The position numbers were made by a program, and so were the translations under genes. The notes beneath the pieces are model-generated. The model was not told the origin of the DNA. It searched no databases and saw only the letters and a list, made by a program, of their open reading frames with translations. This document shows positions 1 through 9,869 of a stretch of 64,000 nucleotides of DNA, piece by piece. Origin of the DNA: Gemmatimonas sp. (lineage in GTDB: Bacteria; Gemmatimonadota; Gemmatimonadetes; Gemmatimonadales; Gemmatimonadaceae); assembly GCA_031414535.1 (NCBI GenBank), contig JANNVQ010000014.1:128001-192000 (forward strand), read 5' to 3'. Position 1 is the stretch's first letter; each line of letters begins with the position of its first letter.

Positions 1-1
1 A

Positions 2-1624
2 GTGCACGACTCCGTGCGCGGCCTCACCTTCGTGAACTCGGATCTCGCGTTCCGCGGAAATCTCGTCTACCAGGGCAACTTCGCTGGATTCGCCATCTGG
101 GATGTCAGCAACTCCGCTACACCGCGTCTCGTCTCGGCCGTGGACTGCATCACGGCACAGGGCGATCCGTCCATCATCGGTAACCTGCTGTTCATCTCCG
201 CTGAAGGCGCTGGCAACCGCAATGACTGCGCCAAGGGCGGTGTGACGAACGAAGCCGATCATATGGCTGGCGTTCGCATCTATGACGTGAGCAATCCCGC
301 AACGCCCCGCTTGGTGAAGAACGTGCAGACCTGCAAGGGCTCGCACACGCACACTGTGGTACCGCACCCCACTGATCGCGGCGTCGTCTACCTCTACGTC
401 TCCGGCAGCCAGAACGCGCGCCCGGATACTGAGCTTGCCGGCTGCCGCAACGGTGGCAACCCAGCCGATGAATCCAACTCGCTGTTCCGCCTCGACGTGA
501 TTCGCGTACCGCTCGCCCGTCCCGAGGACGCCGCCGTGGTCACTGGCGCGCGCATCTTCACCGGACTTGGGCCCGCGCCGGCTCGTGGTGGTCGCGCCCG
601 CGCTCAGCGTCCGATGACGGGCGTGGACAGCGCCGAGATGGCGATGGCCCGCGCCGCTGGCCCGCGTAACTGCCACGATGTCAGTGCGTACCCAGCGATG
701 AACCTGCTCGCCGGTGCCTGCGCGTCGTATGGCATTCTCGTTGACATCTCTAATCCAGAAAAGCCGGTGCGCTTGGATGCCGTGGCCGACACCAACTTCT
801 CACTCTGGCACACCGCCGTGTTCTCCAACGACGGCAAGAAGGTCGTGTTCACCGACGAGTGGGGCGGCGGCACCTCGCCCAACTGCCAGATCACGCACCC
901 GCTGGAAATGGGCGGCAACACCACGCTCGTGATCGGAGAAGATCGCAAGCTCACGCAGCACGCGTACTTCAAGATTCCCACCGCACAGACGGCGCGTGAG
1001 AACTGCGTCTCGCACAACGGTTCGCTGATTCCCGTGCCAGGCCGCGACATCATGGTGCAGGGCTGGTATCAGGGCGGTGTAGACATCATTGACTTCACCG
1101 ATGCCGATCGTCCCTTTGAAATTGGCTACTTCGATCGCGGGCCTGTTGACGCGCCGACGGTCGGCGATTCGGCCAACAGCCGTGCACGCGGCACTATCGC
1201 TGGCTCCTGGGGCGCCTACTGGTACAATGGCAAGATCTACTCGTCCGAGATGGCGCGCGGTCTCGACATCCTCGAGCTCGTACCAAACGCCCAGCTCTCA
1301 GCCAACGAGATCGAAGCCGCGAAGCTCGTGATGTGGGAAGAGTTCAATCCGCAGAGCCAGCCGAAAATTGTATGGCCAGCGGCCTTCCCGGTCGTGCGCT
1401 CCTACCTCGACCAGTTGGTGCGCACCAACGGACTCGCCGCTGCACGTACGACGGCCATTGGTCAGATGCTAAACACCGCCGAGCGTCAGTCGGGTGCCGC
1501 GCGACGCACATCGCTCAATACACTCGCAACGGCAGTTGAACGTGACGCCGCTGGTGCGCGTGATGCCGCGCGCGTGCAGATGATGGTCGCGGCGATTCGC
1601 GATTTGGCGAACGCGACGCGCTAA
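2..1624 (+). CDS. LVIVD-repeat beta-propeller protein (5' truncated by window edge)
   Basis: Repeated 'IWDVSNSATPRLV', 'IYDVSNPATPRLV', 'LVDISNPEKPVRL' units and SHTH/CHD/CVSHNG motifs typical of LVIVD proteins; the frame is open from the window start. Confidence 0.8.
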   Translation: MHDSVRGLTFVNSDLAFRGNLVYQGNFAGFAIWDVSNSATPRLVSAVDCITAQGDPSIIGNLLFISAEGAGNRNDCAKGGVTNEADHMAGVRIYDVSNPATPRLVKNVQTCKGSHTHTVVPHPTDRGVVYLYVSGSQNARPDTELAGCRNGGNPADESNSLFRLDVIRVPLARPEDAAVVTGARIFTGLGPAPARGGRARAQRPMTGVDSAEMAMARAAGPRNCHDVSAYPAMNLLAGACASYGILVDISNPEKPVRLDAVADTNFSLWHTAVFSNDGKKVVFTDEWGGGTSPNCQITHPLEMGGNTTLVIGEDRKLTQHAYFKIPTAQTARENCVSHNGSLIPVPGRDIMVQGWYQGGVDIIDFTDADRPFEIGYFDRGPVDAPTVGDSANSRARGTIAGSWGAYWYNGKIYSSEMARGLDILELVPNAQLSANEIEAAKLVMWEEFNPQSQPKIVWPAAFPVVRSYLDQLVRTNGLAAARTTAIGQMLNTAERQSGAARRTSLNTLATAVERDAAGARDAARVQMMVAAIRDLANATR

Positions 1625-1640
1625 GGTCTCGTGAGTGAAG

Positions 1641-1678
1641 CGGCTCCCCGGGCTGATTGAGCCCGGGGAGCCGTTTTC
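1641..1678. terminator. Intrinsic terminator, probably bidirectional
   Basis: 14-bp perfect inverted repeat CGGCTCCCCGGGCT-gattg-AGCCCGGGGAGCCG followed by TTTTC, between convergent genes. Confidence 0.85.
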
Positions 1679-1696
1679 ATTTACTGCTACGCGTTG

Positions 1697-2356
1697 CTAT
1701 CGCGCGAAGCAGTAGAACAGTCCGTTGCCACCCGTCGCCACCAGATTGGCTTGGCCGCAACCGCGTGAGGGATGCGCTGAGTTCCAGGAGGTCGGGCGCA
1801 CACCGCCACCGATGCGGTCGTGATGGCCCACCATCGCACGCCCTGTCGCAGCATTGCTGGTCCAGTTGCTGCAGGTGGTGTCGAGCGTGTCCACAGCGAG
1901 GGTGCCGTCGGGATTTGAACCCGTGATGATATCGTGCATGTTGGGCGTGTCGCCTCGCCCGTTCACGGGCTCACCCTTCTCGTTGAGCGAGTTGGCCTTA
2001 CCCGCCTGGCTCTCCTCGGAGTGCAACTGCTCGAGGTTCTGGGCAATTAAAACACCCTTGGCATTGTACCACGGTCCAGCGCCGATGCGATCACGCGCGT
2101 GCACAGCCGGCTGTCCGCTCGTGGCCGCCGCGCTTAAGTACGCGTGCCACGTTTTGCCCAGCACTCCTGCCGCCTCGGCCAGCGTGTGACAGTGACGGTC
2201 CGCACCAGCGAGTCCGCCAATGTTTGCCCCGTCACCGGAGCCCACGGACGTAATAAAGAAGCTCATCGTCTCGCGTTCAGCCTTGTCGGGTGCCGCAGCG
2301 GCCGAAAATGTGACGATGGTTCCAGCGATGATGACATAGGGAAGTAGCGCGCGCAT
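1697..2356 (-). CDS. Secreted lectin-like (endostatin/C-type-lectin-like fold) protein
   Basis: Signal peptide; 'SFFITS..G.GGLAGADRHC..LA', 'WHAYLS', 'CSNWTS' and C-terminal 'LFYCFA' motifs; AGGAG RBS upstream. Confidence 0.7.
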   Translation of the reverse strand: MRALLPYVIIAGTIVTFSAAAAPDKAERETMSFFITSVGSGDGANIGGLAGADRHCHTLAEAAGVLGKTWHAYLSAAATSGQPAVHARDRIGAGPWYNAKGVLIAQNLEQLHSEESQAGKANSLNEKGEPVNGRGDTPNMHDIITGSNPDGTLAVDTLDTTCSNWTSNAATGRAMVGHHDRIGGGVRPTSWNSAHPSRGCGQANLVATGGNGLFYCFAR

Positions 2357-2386
2357 CGGTGTTGCTCCTGTCAGGGATGAAGAAAC

Positions 2387-4612
2387 TTAGGGCAAGAGGG
2401 TTAGCAGGCGCTGATGGACGTCGCGCACTCGGGCACGCGCGGCATCAATGGCGGCGCGGCCCTCGCTGGACGTACCGCCGACTTCAAGATCTGTGAAGGC
2501 CTGCAGCGATGCGTCATAATACTCGGCCCACGTATTGATGATGTCGAGCTCGCCCGCCTTGGCGCCACCGCGACGAATGACCGCGGCACTGAGCCGCGCT
2601 TCAGTATTGAGGCGTGTGATGGCGGCGTCGCGCACTTCGGCAATCAGGCCACGAGCCATCACGCCGTCTACCGACGTCAGCGCCAACGCCGAGACGAGAG
2701 CGGTAATGCCAACGTTGCGTAGCTCGTTCGGCGACACCATCTCCAGCCGGTCGCCATCGGTATGATAGAACTGATCCGTAAAGTGCCAGAAGAGCAAGCC
2801 CGGCTTCTTGGCGGACAGGAAGGGCGTGTGATCACTCCCGCCCTCGAAGGGATTGGTGCCCACCACCCAACCATTGGTGGCCGCCTGCTCTCGCGCCCGC
2901 GCGATGGTGAAGTCGTTGAAGTAGTGCGGCATGAGCTGGGCCTTGGTGATGGGACTACCGCCCCACTCCGAGTGCTTATCCTCGCCGCGTGTCCAGATGG
3001 CCGAGGGGTCAGGCATCTTCTCAATCAAGAACGTGCCGCCCGTTTTCTCTGTATTCTCACCGACCATATCTAAGGAGAGGCCCCACTTGATGCCGCGTGC
3101 GCGCACGGAGTCCTGCTTGATGTAGCGATCCGTGGAGCGAATCTCGAGACCCCACAGAAAGGTGATGGTGCGCGCCGGATCTACCTCAGCGCTGCGCAGC
3201 ATTGCAGCCGCCACGCGCGCCATCTCCACCTGTGCACCTACGCCGGACGCATTGTCATTGGCACCTGGTTCCTGCACGTGGGCACTGAACACAAAGCGCT
3301 CATCCGGATGCGAGCTGCCCCGCACCTCGGCAACGACGGCTTGTTCAACGGCGTCTTGGGTCCAGCGCACCTCACTCTGCACTTTCACCATCGTCGGCCG
3401 ACTGGCGCTGCGCCCACGGGCCAGCGCAGCACGCAAACGCTCACGCGCCGCAAACGAGAGCGCGATGCCCCAGCTCTTTGCCGTGGTGTCTCGCGTGATG
3501 CCGCCAAACTGAATGGAATTGCGGTTGCGTTCCGGCTGCAGATACTCGGGAAGCGAGTAGCCGAGCACGCCGAGTGCCCCGCGGCGAACCACGGCCTCAG
3601 TGAACAGTCTGCCCACGCCTGTCTCGGCCAAGACGATCTTACCACGCACGTTGGCCGCATCCAGCTCGGCGGGAGTGCCGCGGCCAGCGTCTACCAGTTC
3701 AGCGATGACGCCGTTGGGGCCAGTCGCATAGGAGTTGGTAGCCAGCATATTGCGATTGGTCACAAAGCGTAGCACGGGTGCCTCTTCGCCTTCAATGCTG
3801 AGCGCGGCATCTATTGGCTCCCACGCGGGCTGCGCCATTGGATAGCGCTCCACGCGGTAGGTCAGGCGTCCTGCATTTGGGCTGCCTTCGCGCACGTAGC
3901 CTGCTGCCTCCAAGCGCTGCACGATGTGCGCGATGGATGCGTCGAAGCCGCGATTGCCAGGCCAGCGCACATACTGATCGAGAAATGCAACCGTCGCGAA
4001 GGCGGAATCACCCGAGAACCGAGGTAGGACCTTGGCGTGCAGTTCCCGAGTAGGCGACTGACCACTGGCCACGCTCCACGGCGCGCATTGCGGTGCGGTT
4101 GCACCAGCGGCGCGCGGCAGTGTGTCGCGCACGGCCATGAGCTCAATGTCGAAGATCAGCGTGGCGGCAGGGGGAATCACCGGAGGGCGGCCGCGCGGCC
4201 CGTACGCGAACTGCTGTGGAATGATCAAGCGACGCTTGCCGCCCTCGCGCATGCCATCGAACCCGAGGTCCCAGCCGACAATCACGCGCCGAAACCCAAG
4301 CGGAACGACGATTGGTTCGCGTTGAATGCCTAGCTCATTGGTATCGCGGGACGAGTCGAACTTAGTGCCGTCAGTGAGCCAGCCCGTGTAATGCGCGTAG
4401 ACGCACTTGTTGGATTCGGCGGTGGCGCCGGTGCCGAGCGCGAGCTCAATCGCATCGAGCGAGGCGATGCTGTAGCGCGGAGCCGTGGTGGCAGGGATGG
4501 CCGCAGGAAAAGCAGGCACCGGGACGGCAGGCGCGCCAGTAGAACGCGGAGCGCAGGCAATGAGGAGTGTACCGCTCGCCGCGGCGATGGTGCGAATGAG
4601 AGATGAACGCAT
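2387..4612 (-). CDS. Lipoprotein: FKBP-type peptidyl-prolyl isomerase fused to PA-domain M28 metallopeptidase
   Basis: Lipobox LLIAC; FKBP motifs 'HYTGWLTDGTKFDSS', 'VIVGWDLG', 'IPPAATLIFDIEL'; M28 motifs 'SAHVQEPGANDNASG', 'SLDMVG', 'GSDH', 'YHTDGD'. Start placed at ATG 4612. Confidence 0.8.
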   Translation of the reverse strand: MRSSLIRTIAAASGTLLIACAPRSTGAPAVPVPAFPAAIPATTAPRYSIASLDAIELALGTGATAESNKCVYAHYTGWLTDGTKFDSSRDTNELGIQREPIVVPLGFRRVIVGWDLGFDGMREGGKRRLIIPQQFAYGPRGRPPVIPPAATLIFDIELMAVRDTLPRAAGATAPQCAPWSVASGQSPTRELHAKVLPRFSGDSAFATVAFLDQYVRWPGNRGFDASIAHIVQRLEAAGYVREGSPNAGRLTYRVERYPMAQPAWEPIDAALSIEGEEAPVLRFVTNRNMLATNSYATGPNGVIAELVDAGRGTPAELDAANVRGKIVLAETGVGRLFTEAVVRRGALGVLGYSLPEYLQPERNRNSIQFGGITRDTTAKSWGIALSFAARERLRAALARGRSASRPTMVKVQSEVRWTQDAVEQAVVAEVRGSSHPDERFVFSAHVQEPGANDNASGVGAQVEMARVAAAMLRSAEVDPARTITFLWGLEIRSTDRYIKQDSVRARGIKWGLSLDMVGENTEKTGGTFLIEKMPDPSAIWTRGEDKHSEWGGSPITKAQLMPHYFNDFTIARAREQAATNGWVVGTNPFEGGSDHTPFLSAKKPGLLFWHFTDQFYHTDGDRLEMVSPNELRNVGITALVSALALTSVDGVMARGLIAEVRDAAITRLNTEARLSAAVIRRGGAKAGELDIINTWAEYYDASLQAFTDLEVGGTSSEGRAAIDAARARVRDVHQRLLTLLP

Positions 4613-4648
4613 TACCAATCTTACGCATTTCGCTCACGCCACGCCCAG

Positions 4649-7600
4649 CTAGAACGCTAGCCGACCCCAGTGCGCCACGAAGTTCATGAACCCGCCCATC
4701 GGGGGGAGCATACGATTCAGATCCTCGGGCCGCTCCATCCACTCGCTTTGGCCAATCAAGGCCAGAGCATCCAAGTACGGAATCACGCTCGGCCAGCCTG
4801 CAGTCACAAAGGCCACCTCGGCGTCCATCACCATGGAGCGATAGTTCTGATTTTGCGAGCCCATCATGTGATAGAACACCACGCGCTCGCGCTCTGCATC
4901 TGACAAAGAGGCCTCCCAGTCGCGCACGAAGCTGGTTCCAATGTCGAGCACCGCGTCCGGTGTCTCTTCCATTCGCATCACGGACTGGCCGCGGCCCTGC
5001 ACCTGCGCAATACGCTGCGTGACGAAACTCCACGTCAGCTGGCCCCACTCGGGCCGCTGCATGATGGTCCAGGCTTCACGCGAGGCGAAGTAGTTGGCTT
5101 TCAGATGGAGTCGCGTGCGGTCGTCGTGCTCAAATTCACGCTGGCGACTCGATGCCATCGCGAGACGCGCGATGTCCTCTTCGAGTCGCGCGAGATCTGT
5201 ATACGCCGCGTCCGGAAATCCGAACAATTCGCGTAGCCAGGGATTTGCTTCGAAAGTGGTCCGCACGCTGCGAACTTTTGCTGGGATGTCGGTGACGGCG
5301 ATTTTGCTGTCGAAGATGCCCACTTGTATCAGGCCGCCAGACTGCGCCAATGTTGCCGCGTGCCGCTCGCGTGCGGCGAGAATGCGCCAGAGCAGTTCGC
5401 GACTCAAGAGTTGAGTTCCGCGCACCTCCACGGAGTTACTGCGATACGAAGGCGCAATCACGAGCACACGGGCCCCGCGCAGCGCCGCGCCGAATAACGT
5501 TGAGCCCCAGAACTCCGCATTCCAGAATGAGTCGGGCACGAGAATGACGGATCCACTCGGCATCATCGTGTACAGCACGGCCTTGGCCACGTTCACGTGC
5601 TTGGAGTCGTAGCCCGTTTCGTTGTGAATGCTGAGCGCACGCTGGCTCACACCATCACGCGCAGCGCCAGCGCGCACGATGGCGTCATAGTCATCCGCGC
5701 GCGTGCGCAGCTGCAGGGCCTGCGGTAGACGATCCAGCGGCAGACGATGTGCCATCAAGTTGCGGCGCGCTTGATTTTTGAGATCTAAGGCCGCTGGCCC
5801 ACGTACGAGTATCGAGCGATCCTCCCACGTCAGGTTAGAGTAGTGCTCACCCACGCCGGCCCCTGTATACATGGCCTCGCCACGGTAGGGGTCTGCCTCC
5901 GAGATGTCGTAGAAGATCAGCTTGCGGTGATCACGCAGGATGTTGTCCGTCATCGGCAAGCCAGACGCCAAGCGCCACGACCGGAAGGCCGGATCAGGCC
6001 TATTCATCACGCTCACGTGCACCTTGATGAGGTTGCGCAGCCAGGCATCGCCCAATCGTGCGCGCTCCGCCTGTAAGCGCCGGGAGTTTCGAATGGCGGC
6101 GCGCAGCTCTTCCTGCGCCGCGCGGATTGTGTCTCCCCACGAACGGAACTCGCGGGGCAACGCTACCTCAGCACGAGTCGGATCTTCGAGGAACTTGAGG
6201 AAGAGAGATCCCGAACGCACCGAGTAGTACCACTGGTCGTGCAATATCAGATAGGTCGGGAAGCGGCCAGTTGAGTCGTAGGCCCGCACGCGGGCCGTCA
6301 TCGCCGCCAAGTACGAGCGCACCACTTGGCGATAGCTCACTTCGTCGGGGTCCCCAACATCGTCCACACCGCGGAAGTCGTGCGTCCAAAGTACGTGATA
6401 CTCCTCGGCGGCGCGGATGCTGCGGCTCAACTGATACTGAAACTGCTCATTGATGATGTAGGAAACGAAGTTTCCTTCCGTGAATGGCGTCTCCACCGCA
6501 CGCGACACAAGTGCATCGAGCTCGGCTTGTGTATCGTGCGCTTCGGCGCGCAGCGCCAGCTGAAGCGGAATCCAGCCAAAGCGTTCATCAATCCAAGCTC
6601 CGGCGATCTCTTCACGCTGCCTTGCGACAACATCGAGCATGGTTGCGAAAATGGCACCGGCGGCCGACACACGCGTGCGTCCAAGCGCGGGCAGGCCCTC
6701 AAGGTGCAACTGGAATGCATCGCGGGCATTGGCCAGCAACACCGGCATCACCCGAGGATGCTTGGCCTGGCCCAGCAGGCGATTGTACGGCAGGAGCACT
6801 TCATCGAGCAGGACTTGGCGCGCTAGGGCGGCTGCACGGCGCACGAGTGCGGCATCGGCTTCCGTCGGAGTAGCCGATGCTAGGGACTGCGCGAATGCGA
6901 GGTCTATGGCGTCGTGGTAGCGAGCGATGGCAGCCGCAACATCAACCGTCGGCGCCGCGCTGCGCTCGGCAGAGCCAGCCGAGGGAAGCGCGCGGCCTAA
7001 GAAGGGAACCACGTGCGTCGTGATGGTCGTGGCATCGCGATGGAGAGCGTCTAGCGTAGCAGCAAATGCAGGCGGCTTGTTTGCGGACGCGCTAGCCGCT
7101 GCGCGCCCTGAGGGTTCCCGCCTTGCCGGCATCGCCCGGTCCGTCGCCGGACGCTTGCGGCCCGCATTGACGCGTTGCACGAGTGGAAGCTCAATGCCCG
7201 CGTACAACTGACGGCCGCGACCTGGGATGTAGTCAAGTCGCAACATCGATCCGAATCCGACCGCGCCTCCACGCCTGAGCGGCGCGCGAAACGAATAGAT
7301 GGCGTCCGTGCGATTGCGCGCCATGTCGTGATCTGCACCGAGGGCCACACCTAAAATTGGAATAGCCAGGCGCGCACGCGCGCCGACGCTCGCGTCCCCA
7401 GCATCGGCGATGCCAGTGTAGGTCTCGAAGCTCAGTCCGAGCGCGTCCACCACGGGATTCTTGATGCTGTGATAGACGCCGAGTCGCAGCTGTACTGGGT
7501 CAGCGAGGGCTGGACTTCCTCCAAGCCCTCCGACGGCGAGGCCCGAAAGCCAACTCCATGGCTTGGGCTGGCCAAGCGAAAGCACAGCTCGTGGCACAGT

Positions 7601-7726
7601 GTCCGAGCCCTGCGCCCACACTGAGTTCGGCAGGCACCCGATGAGTGCACCACCGAACATGAGCTGGCGAAGGGTGGAATGGCATCGCATACCCACATGA
7701 CTACGCCTAAAGGAGAAAGCTGTCAA
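4649..7726 (-). CDS. Large exported phospholipase D superfamily protein
   Basis: HxKxxxxD motif 'HRKLIFYD', second 'HLKANYF' and 'GSQNQNYRS..DAE' motif; signal-peptide-like segment ending VWA-Q. The true start may be a downstream ATG. Confidence 0.65.
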   Translation of the reverse strand: MTAFSFRRSHVGMRCHSTLRQLMFGGALIGCLPNSVWAQGSDTVPRAVLSLGQPKPWSWLSGLAVGGLGGSPALADPVQLRLGVYHSIKNPVVDALGLSFETYTGIADAGDASVGARARLAIPILGVALGADHDMARNRTDAIYSFRAPLRRGGAVGFGSMLRLDYIPGRGRQLYAGIELPLVQRVNAGRKRPATDRAMPARREPSGRAAASASANKPPAFAATLDALHRDATTITTHVVPFLGRALPSAGSAERSAAPTVDVAAAIARYHDAIDLAFAQSLASATPTEADAALVRRAAALARQVLLDEVLLPYNRLLGQAKHPRVMPVLLANARDAFQLHLEGLPALGRTRVSAAGAIFATMLDVVARQREEIAGAWIDERFGWIPLQLALRAEAHDTQAELDALVSRAVETPFTEGNFVSYIINEQFQYQLSRSIRAAEEYHVLWTHDFRGVDDVGDPDEVSYRQVVRSYLAAMTARVRAYDSTGRFPTYLILHDQWYYSVRSGSLFLKFLEDPTRAEVALPREFRSWGDTIRAAQEELRAAIRNSRRLQAERARLGDAWLRNLIKVHVSVMNRPDPAFRSWRLASGLPMTDNILRDHRKLIFYDISEADPYRGEAMYTGAGVGEHYSNLTWEDRSILVRGPAALDLKNQARRNLMAHRLPLDRLPQALQLRTRADDYDAIVRAGAARDGVSQRALSIHNETGYDSKHVNVAKAVLYTMMPSGSVILVPDSFWNAEFWGSTLFGAALRGARVLVIAPSYRSNSVEVRGTQLLSRELLWRILAARERHAATLAQSGGLIQVGIFDSKIAVTDIPAKVRSVRTTFEANPWLRELFGFPDAAYTDLARLEEDIARLAMASSRQREFEHDDRTRLHLKANYFASREAWTIMQRPEWGQLTWSFVTQRIAQVQGRGQSVMRMEETPDAVLDIGTSFVRDWEASLSDAERERVVFYHMMGSQNQNYRSMVMDAEVAFVTAGWPSVIPYLDALALIGQSEWMERPEDLNRMLPPMGGFMNFVAHWGRLAF

Positions 7727-7775
7727 AGCGAAGACCTAGGCCTACTTCGTGACTGGCTTTCCCTCTAAGCACCCC

Positions 7776-7846
7776 GGAACACGCGTGGAACACGCGTGGA
7801 ACACGGCTGGATTCCTCTCGGAACGCTCCCGGGACGCTTCCCGGAC
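7776..7846. repeat. 11-bp-period direct repeat array (GGAACACGCGT and degenerate copies)
   Basis: Units begin at 7776, 7787, 7798, 7809, 7820 and 7831 in a divergent intergenic region. Confidence 0.75.
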
Positions 7847-7899
7847 TGGGCGCGGACGAAGAGGGCACGCCGCGCCGGTAGCGTACGGGTGACTCCCAC

Positions 7900-8772
7900 A
7901 TGGACTCCGTCATGCGCCGCTTGAACTTCGCTCGCCAAATGCTGATCGCCGCCTTCGCACCACTGTACTTCGCCCCCGTTGCCGCACAGCAGCTGGGAAG
8001 CGAGGAACGCCGCATCGTAATTGCGCTTGACCAGTCGGACTCGAGCTGGGCGGCGGAGGGCATGAGCCAGCGCCGCATGTCCCTGCGGATGGCGCACGCG
8101 GCTATCGTGCACCGCCTGCGTGTGGACTTGGTAGACGCGCAGGGCGAGGTGATCACCGCCGGTGCAGACTGGGACGTGACCGTCTTCAGCGCGGCAATGG
8201 GTGGCGTGATGGCCACTCTCAATCAGGCGCATCCCGAGTTGCGCGTACCCCGCCCCTACGGCCTGCGCTTAGAGGCCACGGACTCGTTGACCGTGGAGAT
8301 GGATGTGCGCGCGTTCCGTGCAGGTGATGTGTCCTTGCGTGCGGTAATCGACTACGAGTTGCCCGAGGCCACTGCGAGCCGTTTGCCCGTATTGGCATTG
8401 ACCAGCAGCCGCGCAGTGCTGAACCCCACGAAGAACAGTGCGAAGGCAACTACTGAAGACGCGTGGACTTGGCAGCCGACCGTGCAGGGTCGCTTGGTGG
8501 CCGTGAGCAGCGAGGCCGTGGCGCGCGCGGACGAAATCGTCTTGGAGGATGTTGCAACCGGTGCCGTGCTGTGGCGCACGCGGACCCAGCGTCCGCTGAG
8601 CGGTACGTCTGGCTATCAACGTCAAGAACAGATTCGCCCCGGCATCAACCTAGAGGAAGGTCGCAGCTACCGGCTGCGTACCATCTACGCGGCCAACGAG
8701 GCGCCGAGCGCTGCGGAGCGCGCCTTGGCTCCGCTCGCGGTGATGCGGCCTAATAGTGCGGGCAATCAGTAA
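7900..8772 (+). CDS. Hypothetical secreted protein
   Basis: 290-aa ORF with signal peptide (..PVAA-QQ) and beta-rich sequence; no family recognised. Confidence 0.65.
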   Translation: MDSVMRRLNFARQMLIAAFAPLYFAPVAAQQLGSEERRIVIALDQSDSSWAAEGMSQRRMSLRMAHAAIVHRLRVDLVDAQGEVITAGADWDVTVFSAAMGGVMATLNQAHPELRVPRPYGLRLEATDSLTVEMDVRAFRAGDVSLRAVIDYELPEATASRLPVLALTSSRAVLNPTKNSAKATTEDAWTWQPTVQGRLVAVSSEAVARADEIVLEDVATGAVLWRTRTQRPLSGTSGYQRQEQIRPGINLEEGRSYRLRTIYAANEAPSAAERALAPLAVMRPNSAGNQ

Positions 8773-9868
8773 CGGCACTGGGCGCGGGGAGCGTGATGTC
8801 AGTCAGCATCCACGATCCCCGCGCCAGTTCGCGCGCAGTCCCGAGCTGCTCTCTGCACAGCGCGCTGCGCTCGCCACCGACCACGTGCACCAAATCAAAC
8901 AACGCGGCGCTCTTTCGACGCAGAGCATGCCGAGTGCCGAAGGAGTGCACCAGCCACGAGTTGGCGTAGCGACCTTCCGTCATGTCCACCGTCTCGAGCC
9001 CTAGAAACACTGCCGCCCCCGGCTCGCCACCAGCAATGCGCCCAGCACGGTGCGATCGGTTCACCCGCTGCGACATCAGCAGCACGCGATCGTCCGCCGA
9101 GGCGTAGAGCAAAAGACGCTTGGTGAGCACTTGGATGGCAGGCACCAGCACCGTGCCAAAGTGCTGCAACTCGATGTCCGGCGAGACGAACGCTACGGCA
9201 CGCAGGGGATTCGCACTGAGGAGCGAACGTAGGCCCTCGTGCTCGCGCAGCGTCTCGCCAACCATCTGGCCGCCAAGGGAGTGCGCAATCAGGAGCAGAC
9301 GGCCGTTGCCGGTTGCGGCAACGCTCGTGGCGAGCGCCTCTGCGAATGCGCCTTTGCTCGCAACCGCTGCGACGGAATCCGCCCGATACGCCGTAGTGAG
9401 CACATCGCCGTCGCGCGGCCACGCGATACCCGATCCAATTGAAGGCCAAGAAAAAACAATCCAGGGCTGATCGCTACGCGAGCGGGCTCGAGCCAAGGCA
9501 CTATGCTGCCAGAGATTGCGCAACGAGGTACCGTAGCCGTGCGTGTAGAACACGGCAAAGTGGTCCGTGTCTGTGCTGGGGCCAACGCGGGCTGCGAGGC
9601 GCGCCACGAACTCGTCTCGCGTGACGATTAGCGAATCGAGAATCTCAATGCGCGCGGCGTCCACCGTGGGATCTACCATTGAGGGCCGCGCGGTTATCAC
9701 AAGTCCGTACTCGAGCGACTCCGCGAGCCTTGCCTGCTCGCGGCCGCCTTCGCGCACGCGCGCTGATGCGTAAAAGAGCGTGTCTGTTGGAGTGACGGTC
9801 GGTGCGGCAGCTGGCGGCGACGTGCACGCAGCGCCGGCGAGGGCAGCAGCAGACACAACCGCACGCAT
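8750..9868 (-). CDS. Alpha/beta hydrolase lipoprotein (DUF900-like)
   Basis: Lipobox AGAAC; 'FYTHGY', 'FSWPS', nucleophile elbow 'AHSLG', 'SPDI', 'YASADDRVL'. ATG 9868 lies 1 nt after the RLP stop. Confidence 0.75.
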   Translation of the reverse strand: MRAVVSAAALAGAACTSPPAAAPTVTPTDTLFYASARVREGGREQARLAESLEYGLVITARPSMVDPTVDAARIEILDSLIVTRDEFVARLAARVGPSTDTDHFAVFYTHGYGTSLRNLWQHSALARARSRSDQPWIVFSWPSIGSGIAWPRDGDVLTTAYRADSVAAVASKGAFAEALATSVAATGNGRLLLIAHSLGGQMVGETLREHEGLRSLLSANPLRAVAFVSPDIELQHFGTVLVPAIQVLTKRLLLYASADDRVLLMSQRVNRSHRAGRIAGGEPGAAVFLGLETVDMTEGRYANSWLVHSFGTRHALRRKSAALFDLVHVVGGERSALCREQLGTARELARGSWMLTDITLPAPSAVTDCPHY

Positions 9869-9869
9869 C

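Noticed and set aside
7776..7846. CRISPR array
   Set aside because: 11-bp contiguous units with no spacers and no cas genes.
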